A stretch of DNA of 64,000 nt, from assembly GCF_964355755.1 (NCBI RefSeq), contig NC_092677.1:27825175-27889174 (forward strand). The letters are read 5' to 3'. Made by a program: the position numbers and the translations under genes. Shown one piece after another: positions 50,116-63,700 of this stretch; position 1 is the first letter of the stretch; each line of letters begins with the position of its first letter. The notes below the pieces were generated by a model. The model did no database searches. It worked only from the letters and a program-made list of their open reading frames with translations, and was not told the DNA's origin. This DNA comes from Antedon mediterranea (Eukaryota; Animalia; Echinodermata).

Positions 50116-50507
50116 GCTTTAAGATAACTAAAAACTACCTTACAGAAAAACTTGAAATTGGAGAGTGGCACTTTCTTGTTTCTTCAATTAGCACACAATC
50201 TGTCATAGAGTGACAGCACTTGTAAAGGGTCCAGGGATGACGGGGATAACACCTTGACCCTTGACCTCAACATTAGGAAAATAAAGTAAAATAACAAGAT
50301 AATAAGATATTATATGTTGGGCAATGTTTTCTTGAATTCTCATATTGGTTGATTCATTTTGAAATCATACACAAAGAACAAACACATAAAAAATGGCATC
50401 AATGTTATGGTCTGAGGGATAGCCCTCTTAATCACAAAAAGTGGGTTTACACCTTGAGGGGTTCCCTTTACCCCTTTTTAGAAATCACTTGTGTTGTTGA
50501 GATTTGC

Positions 50508-53500
50508 CTAGACAAGTCGTTCAATATCAAGCTCGATGTAGCCTGTAACGTTGTTGATCTGATCACAGGTAAAACCAGCAATTAATGTTTGATGACCTCC
50601 TTTAATTAATCTTAGCTTCATCTTTGTCTTCAGATTTTGGAATGGTTCAATATCTCTACAATAAAACATAACACACACAAAATAATAACATAATAGGAAA
50701 TGTAAGTAAACATGAAAAGCAAATGCATAATGGAGAAAAACATTTATAAGAACTCCTTTTCTTGGATCACATGCAATCTACATTGAATTTTGTAATATAA
50801 ATTGAAATATACCTATTTAAGACTTGTAGAAATAATACTGAATACTGCATAGTTGTTTGACAAAAAAGTGTGATGTGCCCAAATATGGTAGGGATATGAT
50901 CAATTATGGTAATGATATGACATCATCATGTCCATATATGGGCATAATATTTTGTTGTCACATAAAGTTTGATAGTGTAGACAGAGCATTATATTAGGAC
51001 TACTCAAAGATTGCAGCATGCTTTACTAATAGGAGGTGTAAAAGGCAATGAGTACAGGTTAGTTTAAATGACAACAATTTCAGTTACCCACATCTATGGT
51101 TTAACAATTTATAATGTAATGAAAGGTGAAATATACATTCTGTTCAGCATGTGAGTGTACTTACGGTAGGTCAACTGACTTGACAGCCTCTACACCACAA
51201 CCATCAACTGATAACTTACAATTGGTGAGTGCCATGCTCACTGGGTTCATGAAATGGAAGACAGCAAAGAATATCTCGTCAGCTTTCAATCCTTCTGTGT
51301 TCTTAAGCTATAACAAGATTTAACATTATTTTATCAGAGTTGGAGACCTCAGAAAGCAACATACTAAAGTTCTGTCTACACAAACTGTGATGTGCCAATA
51401 TAAGGACATGATGATGTCATATCACTACCATATTTAGGCATATCACTACCATATTTGGGTACATCACACTTGTTTTGTCAAACTAGTTTGATAGTGTAGA
51501 CAGACCTTGGCTTACTAACATTATGAAAACATTTGGAATTCGATTTGGCAGATCTATTTTGTAACAAAATCGTTATTATCCTACTAATGTACTACTTGTT
51601 TTAGCCAGTTTTTTTTCAGATGACTTCTAACACTTCTAATGGCTTCTTTTTAACAAGAAAATCTTTAAATATAAAAAACTATCTTACTGTTATTTCAAGT
51701 TGAGGACGAGCAAGGCACATATCCGATTGAGCGATGAGCTTCGTTTTAGTTTCTTCAAGTGTACCAACCAGGTAAATCTTTAAACAACTGTGATCTGCTA
51801 GTTGCATCATGTAGTCTGATGCAGCCATATGTACAACTGATGAACTAGCTTTAAATGAACAAAAATAAAAATACCTAAGGACAGAGATTGATCAATGATG
51901 TAGCCACAAGAAATAAAGTGGTCCGGTTTTCGGAAGAAAATGGGAACAATCTTTGTTCAAGCCACTGGGTTGTCAAAGGCCTCTGTGAAAAAGTGGTCAG
52001 GTTGAAACAATACCAACCGCACTGGTTGCTACAGCCATGATAATATGTATGTGTGTCCTTCTGTACTATTTAATGAAGGCTCAACCTGAGAAACTAGATG
52101 GAAGCAGTAGTATGTACTAATACTGTTAGGTACATACCAGGTTGCACAATCAATTCTTTAGATGTCTCACAAATTAAGTTAAATAATGGTACACAGGAAT
52201 GATTAAATTAGTGACATTTAATATCCTTATTCTTATCATTTTGAAAATACTATAAATCAGTATGATAAAGATTTGATTATTTAAAACTTACTTTCACTTG
52301 GTTTTAAATTAACAGCTAGCAATTCCTCTTTGCATCGTGCCTTGGTAACACCAGTGTAGAAGCATGCCTAAGAAAAGAAGACCAATTAAAAAAAAACCAA
52401 TATTTTTTGTGCGAGTTTTAGCAATTGTCTAGCCATCGCCAATACAGTCACACAACAAATTCTTTTACATTGCCTAGAAAAACTCTGCAGTATACACACA
52501 CAAAAACGCTGGTGTTTGTGAAAATGATATAATATTTACTTGTAAACTATTGTATAACAAAGTCAAATTGCTTAGAATAACCTTAAATCACATTTGGAAA
52601 CAGTTTAGACTATTTTGATCATTTCGATAACACTTTTTCACACAAAACATCAACGTCCTTAGACTCAAATCGCATTTGGAAACAATTGGCATATAGAAAC
52701 ACCAAAAGAATAGAATTTTCTTTTTGAATATTTTCAACTGTATTTTACAAATGGATAACTTACAAACACCAAAAGCTTAGCATGTACATTCCTCTCCTCT
52801 GAACTTGTATTATGCATTGTGATAGTTATATCAAAGTCTTCCGCTACAACTACATCACTAGGTGTCTCAATTGTGATGATGACATCATGTATTTGTTTAT
52901 CATTTCTTTCCTCAACTGCTTGGATACCTAGTTCATTTGCTGTCTGCATCGTCATCTTGTAATCTTTGCTTCCTGTTAAATAAGACACCATGATAGATCA
53001 TTAATGTGGAATGTAGGGGAAAGGAAATAGCCATAAGGAAATCTTAAAGGGATTGATGGTAGCATTATGTTTTTCCTAATGATCACCAATTGTTTTAAAT
53101 ATCAGAAAAGATTAGGTTTCCTTAAGGATTTCAATGAAGTAGTGAGGTTTTTTTTAACTTTAAAGCAAGATGAAGAATGGTAATTAATGGTTATAATTAA
53201 TAAATAATCAGGGGCGGATTTAGAGGGGGGGATTTAAAGGCAGACGGTCCCCCCCCCCCCTTTCTGTAATACGGTATATATATATATTGTGCACCCATTT
53301 ACATACGATTTTATCAACGATTTTACAGGAAAAGGGGGTACAAATCAACATTAAAAATCGTTAAAATCTTCAATTTTTAAAAGAAGTTGAACAGAGTTCA
53401 ACTTCAACCTTACGATCGGTAAAACTGACTGACCAATCAAATAGTTAATAAATTACGTCATCATTGTTTGTGACAATTCTTATTTTTTACAACGCGACGA

Positions 53501-56500
53501 TGTTTTTTGTGCTCTTTTAAAGTCTAATATTTCAAAATAACAAGTGTAAGTAAAACTAAATTTTAATATAAAAACACTTTAATTTAATGTTGTCTTTACT
53601 GTAAAGACTAGATTAAGATATCAGCGAAAATATGTCCTAGGCCGGCTGGGTTAAAGCATCAAAACCCGTAACTTTTTCAATTTTCACACGGGCCCGGCTG
53701 CGCGTGACCGGCCTTGGCTTTGCAAAACTTCACGTCCATGTGTCCCAGCAACGTTGAAAGAACCAAGAAACCAACAATCGCGTAAAAAATATGTAAAAAT
53801 TCGCGACAAAAAAACACGCTTCTACCGTATAGTAAATATTGTCTATAAAACCCACTATATTCAGATAATTATATGACAAGAATCGACTGGCCTAAACGCG
53901 TCAGATGCTATTTCCGGGCGTCTAGAAAAAATTCCGGGGGAGGGGGGGGGGCGCATGCCACCGGACCCCCCCTAGACAATTATTTTTCCTATATCTGCCC
54001 CCTCTTTTTCAAAATCCTAGATCCGCCCCTGATAATTGTTTTGAATAATGGTACCTTTAGGATGCCTGTACAGGTTTGTAATATCCTCTGGTTCACCCTT
54101 TCCTGGTTGCTTTGTGAAGACGGATTGACCTTTGACATCATCTTGCTGTGCCATAGTCATATTTCTGTACACACCAAATTCTTCCAAGCAAGTCCAAAAT
54201 GTTGTGAGTGAGTTGACTGAAGTAAAAAGCTGATTGGTGTCGTGTGGGTAATATAGATGACCTTGTTTTACAGCATTTAATGGTACTGGACCAATGCTAC
54301 GAAGACCTGTTTCAATTTATAAAAAGCTGTTTAAACTTCTCTTCAGAAAACAATTGATTGAATAATCTGATTGGTGTCACATGGGAAATATTCTGTAGAT
54401 GCTCTTGCTTTATAGCATTTAAAGGTACCGGTTTCAATTCATAAAAACAGGTAATAAGTCTCTCAACTTGGGGAAAATAAACAGAAATACCTTTGTTAGT
54501 TTCTTGAGGGGTCGGGTCAAGTGCTTGCCAACCGTCATAGCCTTGCGGTAGATCCTTTCTTGTCATCCACACCTCGTTCCAAACATGGAAGAACCTACGA
54601 AGTAATCAAACATCAATTAGTTAAATTCGATGTGCATTGCCTGGCAAAGACTTAATTTTCACATGTGTGTTCTATTTTATTTGTTTGCAAGGTTAAAGTT
54701 AGTATAAAGAGCTTACCAAAGGGATTGGTCATTCAGGTTTTCTATTGGTTGATTTGAATTGGAATCAAAATGGACGTTAACTGTTGTGTCTTGTTCGGTG
54801 TCATGGTTACAGTTGAAGCTGGTGACGCACCGTGAAGGAATCCCAATGCAGCGACACACTGAAAGAGAAATGGTGGATATTATGATGAATTAGTGAAATA
54901 AATACTAGGAATCGCTGATAGTCTGAACTACAGTACGACTGAAAACATCACAAACAAAATGGTTGATTTGTTTTTAACTTTAAGTGAAGCGATCCCATTT
55001 GTTCTATTTGGTATAGGCTGGAATTTAGTGGAAATCAAAAATCATTGTTATCCGGCTAACAAGTAAAACTGTACATGTATGAGTTTAGATATACAATGAT
55101 TAACCGTACTTGTGGTCAGTAATCCAGCCAGTGTCCAGCATTGTCCATATCTGACCGGTCTCTGGGTTCGCATATACTCTTCCAATATCATACGGCTACT
55201 GTTCCATGTTGTTGGAGGAGTTGCAAAGGAATATTTATTATTGTAACGACTTTCCATAACACCGTATTCATTATGACCATTTAGCTGCAGGTGAAAAAAT
55301 AGAGAGGCAATCTGTGAGTTTATACACACTCACATAAAATGCCCTTGAGGTGTGTGCTATTTACAGATTGCAAAAGGTCCACATTTTATAGGGTCTTAAA
55401 ATAAATAAGTACTCAATATTATGAAAATAGTCCAAAAATATATTAATCCCCCCCCCCCCTGCGTACGGCTCTGCTGATAATCATTACTAATAATTAGTGC
55501 ATAAATTGATATTTACCACATCACATAGAATTTGACAGACTTTAACTGGATCATTTCGTGCTGCAACTTTGACTCTAGATTCAATCATGAACATCATACA
55601 CCTCACAACTCCTTCATCAAACTGAAAAAAAGAAGAAGTTATCCAACAAACATTAAAATGTTTTTTATTATTTGCAATCAACAATGCTGTTACCAGCATG
55701 ATTATTCAAACAGCTTACAGTATGTTAACAACTTTGACCAGTTTAGTTAAGAAAACAAGACAAGTTAAAGAAACCTGAGCAAGGCAAACCAGATAAAACA
55801 AGTTAAAACAAACCTGAGCAAAATCCCAAGCTCTCTTTCTGAGTTGCTTTGCAGTTCCAAACCAGATGAAACCAGTATCGCATTGAATATATTCTTTCCG
55901 TTCAACATCTGTGCCGAGATAAACAGCATCATCTATGAATGAAACAATCTTGAAAGATAAATAATAAATATTTCAAAAACTAGAAGATCTGCTTTTAAAC
56001 CATTTGAATTTAAAAAGACTAGTTACAAGTTTTTCGGGTAAAAAAAAAATCTTTTTTTAGAACTTTTCATTAATTTTGAATTATGCATTAGGAATGGTAT
56101 TGTATTTTAATTGTATATTATTATTATATCTTCCTTTTCTACATGGTAACCCAACCTACTTACAGTATTTCATGTATTACTTATTTCTGTACACCATTTA
56201 CATAATAGCTTTTATACTCAATAACAGTAAAAAGGTTTAATGTTGCACTTTGAACTAGGATATTGCCGATCAATTGTAATCAAGTTTTACTGAAACTGTT
56301 TCATTTCAGATTTGGTGAACTCTACTTATTAACAAAGCAATAATAGTTATTACATTAAAATATAATTCATGTATTATTCTATGATGGGTTTTTAATCAAA
56401 TATAGTGATTTCAGAATGCTCTACTTGGAATATAATGAAAATAATCTGAAACTTTGTGCAATACAATGAATAATATTCTACTCAAAAACAATCGTCAGTT

Positions 56501-58159
56501 TATTTTTCAAATGGATTTATCATAAGTCAAATTTATACCAAATACAAGAGACAGAAATACAAATGGTAAGGAAATAATAAACAGGTATTAACAACTTATA
56601 TCAGTTGGTTACCAACCCTGAACACATGGTGTTTCATACCTACAGACTTGGGGCAAGTCTAACATAGAGACTACCTTTACCTTCACACCAGGGGTTAAAC
56701 AGTACATAGATAGGTTCTTCTTGTTCGTATATAAACACCCTCTCGGGAAGTCCTTCTCGTTGTACTCTTGTTTTCATCATCAACTTATACCTCCCAACTA
56801 GTGCTTCTACTGGACACCAAATCATCAAGGTTAAACAGCAATTCTCAATGCTCTTTATTATAGCATTCCAACTGATTTTATTTGATTCTTTTACTATTGG
56901 TATTGGAACTAATGTGCCATCACTTATTTTATGAACTGTTCCTGTAAATGTAGAAATATTATATTTTATTATAAAGCTCTGTCTACACTATCAAACTAGT
57001 TTGAGAAAAAAGTGTGATGTGCCTAAATATGACAGTGATATGCCCAAATATGGTTGTGATACAACATCATCATGTCCATATATGGGCACATCACATTTTT
57101 TTCACATAAAGTTTGATAGTGTAGACAGAGTTTTACAGCATTTAAATGACCACAAAGTTATTTGTTTGAATTTACCAAATTGTTACTAATTTTCAGGCAA
57201 ATGTACGAGTATGTATGAAAAAGAAGATTCTTTGCTGTTAAACTGAGCTAAGAATAAGTAGTAGAGACACAATACCTGTTCTCATTTGTATGTTAATAAA
57301 GTCGGTGTTTTCTTGATATGGACGGTCTAACAGCACACTAATCTGGAAAGCCTGACCACGACGGATGATCAAATCCTTTGTTTGATATTCCTCGGTGCTG
57401 TGGAACCCTTTGTTGGTCAGACAATGGAGCTCAATTGCCTTAACAAACAACTGCCCACCTGAAAATAAAAGTTACAATTTTATAATTAAATAAACATTTT
57501 ATGGTACATAACATGCAACACAGCGTAATGTAGTATTTCAGGTTCTACATGAGAAATTCCTAAAAGCCTGTACCTGTGTCTGGGGGCGCTTCCAGCTTCC
57601 ATGGTTCAAGCTTTCTTGGTGACATCCTTCCATCGTCGCTATGGAAACGGTTAGCAACAGGCCCATTTATCAGTCCTAAAATATTGAAAACAATCAGAAT
57701 TTACATGAAATAAGTCTTCAAATTTAGATTAGAAAGCGAGGGAGGGAGGTTGATTTGTTTGAAGGGAAGTCCATCTTTGGTTATTTTTTATCAAATTTTG
57801 ATTCAAGATTGCAAATATATTGAAATGTAACAATGAAATAAGAAATTACTTCAAATCTGATTTACTTTATAAAGTGGGGTACTGTTATGGAATGGGTGTG
57901 TCTCTCTAACTACTGGCTAACAATAACACAGGTAGGCCTACTTAGAGATGAGTATACCTGGTGAAGCTTGCTTTTCTGGGCCTGACGATTTGAGAGATGA
58001 ACGAAGAGAGCCTGTCTTGGGTGTCCCTGGTGATGGATGCTTCTTCTTTCTTCGACCTCCACTGCGGAAGTTACTCTTTCTAAAGTAGTTTGATCTCCTG
58101 AGTGGCGAGTCTTTACTTAAAGCCCCATTGCTCTTTTCACTGGATGGCTGGTTACCCAT
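50508..58159 (-). CDS. Transglutaminase (protein-glutamine gamma-glutamyltransferase), 15 coding exons
   Basis: Exons 57958-58159, 57574-57675, 57276-57458 (LIIRRGQAF), 56681-56941 (LFNPWC), 55814-55932, 55517-55621, 55110-55284 (YGQCW), 54717-54858, 54491-54594 ([16 protein letters not shown]), 54055-54306, 52764-52972, 52292-52367, 51688-51848, 51165-51307, 50508-50655. All GT-AG and phase-compatible; the Cys-His-Asp triad is present. Confidence 0.93.
50855..50988. mobile_element. MITE family A copy (partial)
   Basis: Right end agtttgatagtgtagacagagc and interior match 56974-57133. Confidence 0.72.
51367..51507. mobile_element. MITE family A copy
   Basis: Ends aaagttctgtctacac and agtttgatagtgtagacagacc; opposite orientation to the 56974 copy. 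Confidence 0.75.
53209..54031. mobile_element. Non-autonomous TIR DNA transposon in a transglutaminase intron
   Basis: TIR CAGGGGCGGAT(T/C)TAG at both ends; ATAAT directly repeated on both flanks; no transposase. Superfamily not assigned. Confidence 0.75.
56974..57133. mobile_element. MITE family A, best-preserved copy
   Basis: TIR aaagctctgtctacactatcaaact / agtttgatagtgtagacagagttt, plus inner IR aaaaaagtgtgatgtgcc / ggcacatcacatttttt. Confidence 0.82.
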
Positions 58160-58470
58160 GATCTAGAAAAAATACAATATTTGATGATTATGAATATTAT
58201 CAACCAATCAACTTTATTTCATCCTTCATGAGGCAATTGAAAAGGGTTACATCAGTGTACCAAATGTTAATAGAACAAATTATGTTATATCATTTATCAA
58301 GTTGATTTATACGTCATTTATTATCATAAAAAAACTTTTAAAATGTTAAAACTATAATAACAATGATGATAATAAAATACTATAAAAATAACAGCAACTG
58401 ATGATATAACGAAAAATTATTCATTTGAATGAGAAATATAAATTTGATGAAAATACTGACAATATTGAAA

Positions 58471-59457
58471 CACATGTTGATGATGATAGTATGAAGTCCC
58501 TATCATAAATATATCCCTACACATGTTGATGATGATAGTATGAAGTCCCTATCATAAATAGATCCCTACATATGTTGATGATGATAGTATGAAGTCCCTA
58601 TCATAAATAGATCCCTACACATGTTGATGATGATAGTATGAAGTCCCTATCATAAATAGATCCCTACATATGTTGATGATGATAGTATGAAGTCCCTATC
58701 ATAAATATATCCCTACACATGTTGATGATAATAGTATGAAGTCCCTATCATAAATAGATCCCTACACATGTTGATGATGATAGTATGAAGTCCCTATCAT
58801 AAATAGATCCCTACACATGTTGATGATGATAGTATGAAGTCCCTATCATAAATAGATCCCTACATATGTTGATGATGATAGTATGAAGTCCCTATCATAA
58901 ATAGATCCCTACACATGTTGATGATGATAGTATGAAGTCCCTATCATAAATAGATCCCTACATATGTTGATGATGATAGTATGAAGTCCCTATCATAAAT
59001 ATATCCCTACACATGTTGATGATGATAGTATGAAGTCCCTATCATAAATAGATCCCTACACATGTTGATGATGATAGTATGAAGTCCCTATCATAAATAG
59101 ATCCCTACACATGTTGATGATGATAGTATGAAGTCCCTATCATAAATATATCCCTACACATGTTGATGATGATAGTATGAAGTCCCTATCATAAATAGAT
59201 CCCTACACATGTTGATGATGATAGTATGAAGTCCCTATCATAAATAGATCCCTACACATGTTGATAATGATAGTATGAAGTCCCTATCATAAATATATCC
59301 CTACACATGTTGATGATGATAGTATGAAGTCCCTATCATAAATAGATCCCTACACATGTTGATGATGATAGTATGAAGTCCCTATCATAAATATATCCCT
59401 ACATATGTTGATGATGATAGTATGAAGTCCCTATCATAAATAGATCCCTACATATGT
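58471..59457. repeat. Minisatellite, 49-bp unit, about 20 highly homogeneous copies
   Basis: Unit ACATGTTGATGATGATAGTATGAAGTCCCTATCATAAATAGATCCCTAC with very few variant positions. Confidence 0.97.
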
Positions 59458-60539
59458 TTATCAAATGTGTACATTAATGCGTAGTTATTTTGCAAATATC
59501 CTGATTTCTGATGAACTTTAAAAACAGATTAGTAAAAGATGGAGATTGAAAAGGATTATTCCTGTGTACATTCACGTCATTAGTGAGACTCTGTATAGCC
59601 GTGTGCATAAGGTACTTGATTACACAAGAAAGACCCGGTTCAATTCACAATAAAATGACTAAAACTAAGCTTTAAGTACCTAGTTGAATGCTAATGCTGA
59701 AGTTTTAATACGATTGGCTCCTCTAGTTTATTTCACTACACTATGTTTAGAACGATACAGGACTCGCTCTCTAGCCAACGTAGAGCCTACAAATACTGGA
59801 TAGAAAACTAAACAATAAACTATTGTAAAAGATTCAATGACAATATGACGAACTGAATCTGTATATACATGCACTTATCTACAGTACACAGATGTTTTTG
59901 AGTCTCACCATATGGGCTTCAATATAGCTCAACAGACCTGTTTCTCATAGCATATCACTTATACAATTCTATCACATTACTTTGTATAGCCATAGATATA
60001 GTTCACTAAATACAGTAGTATCTGAATAGCATACCATTTCAGCCTAAGCAACAATAAAGGCAACCAATGGAAAACCTACCTGTAAAATTACAACCAAGCC
60101 AATACTTTGTATTGATAACTAAAGCCTTACCTATCAAAAAAACATCAAATATTACCTCAACTCAATAGATAGCAAATTCCTGAACGAAGAACAATACAAC
60201 ACACACGGCCCACTTCATCTATAGAATTCAAATGAAAACAGCAATCAAATGTATATGTTGAATCTTTATCTATAACAACACATAAAGATTGTAATCTATT
60301 ATTATACAGTCAAAACCAATATAGGTGAACAAAACCACTGAATTCTGTTCGACATTTAATGGACTTTGTTCCGCTTTTGAGGAAGTGTTTACTTTGTATT
60401 TACTGTATATAACAGTAGGTTCCTATTGAAAACATTGAATACAGACAGAGGATGTTTATAATGTCTATAATCAGACATTAAAGTAAATATGATAGTAACT
60501 TGATATGAGCTATATGTGATGGTTATCAGTGGGTAAATA

Positions 60540-60770
60540 AGAAAAATGCTTGGGGAAGAGAGAGGGAGAAACGAGAGATGGAGAGGGGAAACGGGGATAG
60601 AGAGGAGAGGAGTAAGGAGAGAGAGGGAGAAAGTTGGATAGAGAAGGGAAACAGGGATAGAGTGGGGGAAAATGTAGATAGAGGAAACAGGGAGTGGTAA
60701 AAGAAAAATGGGGATGAAATGAGAAAATTGGGGAGTACAAAGAAACAATGTAAAATGAAGGGGAAGAAAT
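60540..60770. repeat. Purine-rich low-complexity tract
   Basis: Mostly G/A on the plus strand; it accounts for the overlapping Leu/Ser/Pro/Phe-rich minus-strand ORFs. Confidence 0.85.
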
Positions 60771-63700
60771 AATACCATGTTACCAAGTTAATTACACGCA
60801 TTAAAACTAATTATTGTGATACTTACCATCATAAAAACTGAAAAGAATTAAAACAGGTAGTCTTTCTGCTGCAGTACGTACACACTCTCTAGGTTTGTAC
60901 TTAAGTATGGACCTGTTATTCTCAAGCACTTGCACTTTAAAATGTGCACCAACAGTATTTATAGACAATAAGAACTTTAAACCCAAGGATTAATTCATCA
61001 ATGATATTACTCAATTATTCATTTGTTATGAGTTTGACTATTGTACTGTAAACAATAGAAAATATGGCAAAAATAACGTATGTGTTCATATGTGTTTGTT
61101 GTGAACTTTGAAATATTCAAAACAGGATGTAAAGCTAGCAAAAGCTGAACTACAAATACATTGTTTAAATCCATAGCTGCCTTTTTGGTACTGTATCTAT
61201 AATTTATATCCTACAGTAGGCAAGTTATATGATACAGTGACACATGTGATGCCTGTAATAGGCCACAAGCAACAGGTGCATCCCACACACATATGTGACA
61301 CAATATTATAGAACTTGCCTATCATACTGCCATATGTGGACACATAATATAGATAATTTTGTGCAAGTGCAACATTGTAATTTTTTTACATTGAGAATTT
61401 GCTTTGCCGTGAACAAGGTTTTGAGTTTGGGTAAACACTTTGTACACACAAAGTAATGAAACACCTGCATACTGTGTAAGTAGCAAGCTTTATTTGCATA
61501 ATATCCACCTGTACATAACAAATGTATACAACTTTGTAAAATATTTTACACATTATGGTAAACCCCAAAACATTCTGTAAAACCCTTTTCATAAAAATAA
61601 TTATATTCTTTTCTTACAATTCTTTGGGTTAAAATATGTATTCTTTTATAATTTGAATTCATTTTTTAAATTACAATTAACATATTATATTAAAATTGGG
61701 TATAGGTGACTGTACTCAATACTAAATATTTTTTACACCAATTTAAGACCCAAAATGTTTTAGTGACACAAAACGTTTCACTTATAAATATTTTGAAATA
61801 TCTGATGATTATACACAACTAATCAAATGCACTGTGTTAAAAAAAATAATGGTACATTTAACAAATTTATTTATTGTCAGCTCCTGTTTTGACGGACTTC
61901 TTTGAGAGTTTTTTCTAACTTTCAAGATTTATACCGAAATTTTAAAGGGGCGATGTCGCAAATAATGTTTTCGAACCTTCTGACAGCATAGCAGAATTAG
62001 AACGAACTTGAGCTTTATGATAAACTATAATTATCTATGACATCACCTTAAACACTTCTGTGTCAATTAAGGATTTTGCTAAAGTTGGAAAAACTTTAAA
62101 ATAAATCTGTAAAGTAGCAGCTGACAAATTACTTTAAAATTTGTAAACGCTTTCCAAAATGTATTAATGATAAATTTGTAGACTTATTCTTGACATTCAA
62201 GTGTGACATTAAAATACATAAAGAACCCCATACTCTTGTTTATATGGAATGTTTACCATTTGCTGTTTGTGGCTCAGTGGCCACTTAACCTCCGCTATAA
62301 CTTTTCAAGGAAGCCATCTTCACAGAATATTACATTCCTACAAAATATCCAAACATACAGTAAGTTCATTCTAAATCACCGTAAACTGGTCCAATTTCAC
62401 TTTTACCTAACCCATGTTGGATCAAGTATTGAGGTACAAACTAATTATTTGATACTTCCATGTATCAACTGAGTTTTTTATATCTAGATATAGAATTCTG
62501 TAACATCTGACATACAACCCTATGACAATTCTATAGCCTTTTCTTGGTCAATATACTGTAGCTGGTGACTCAGTTAATTTTAAGAACAAATAATTAATTC
62601 ATCATCTTCTTCATTTTGATCCTGTATTAATATCCTGTACCCATCAACCCACAAATCAGCTGATATTTACAAATTACACAAATTAATCTAAAATATTACA
62701 CTTGAAATACAGCGACAATTAAAACAAATATTCCGCAACTTTACGCTGGTTTTTTAATACCTAGCTTAGTTTCTACAGACACTTGCCCCCTCCTGCCACA
62801 CAATACCAGGATCTCTCTTTACCTCACGGCCTAAGCCTTGTGTACGTCCTCGGCACAGAAGACATCAGTCTGTTTCTTGGATTTTATAATCACTTGTTAA
62901 AATAATTCTCTGCCACAATATACCAGGATTTCGCTCAACCTCATGACCTAAGTCTCGTTCAAAAATCAGTAAGGCATCAGTCTGTTTTCCAAATAGTATA
63001 TCGAGAGTTACAATATAATATTTGTTTTTAGTTGTTGAAAAAGCAGGTTTCACGTCACCATTATATAAACACATATTTCAATCTTTTGAGTCTAAATTAA
63101 TAAATTAATTTCCTTCAATACACAAATATTTCAGTAAACTTTTAAAATAAATTAATTCTGGTAACAATCAAATTCATGGCATACTGTACATACATCAGAA
63201 TATCAAGTTAAATTAGCATCTACAGTAGGCCAGGTGTTTACAAAGATTTACATCATGACATTTTTAATTAATACAGGTGTAGGACAATGGAAGAAATTAC
63301 AAATCTATTTCAGACTGGAATATGAGGAACAGATTAAAGTATAATTTACATATTATTTTGTACAAATATGTAGACACAGTGTAATACTTTAGTATATAAA
63401 GAGACCGGGCCCTCCTGTACAAGAATATCAAGACAAAATATAAGTACCTCAATGACAGATTAGCAACATTAAAGACACCTTCCCTACAATTTGTGACGTT
63501 TTGTAAAAATAATACATATATATTACTTTAAAAACATTAAACCAGGTCATTCCTTGTCTTAAATGTACGTTTTATGGTAAATTATGATAAAAAGTGAGAA
63601 ACAATGCACTACCTAAGTAGCTCACGGCGACTGACCTCCCGTGGACGGTCTTTAGGCAGCCTAGCTAGGCTTAGTTTTGTAGGCCTAGCTGGTAAACATC

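Noticed and set aside
60389-60801. Overlapping hydrophobic ORFs
   Set aside because: Artefacts of a purine-rich low-complexity tract.
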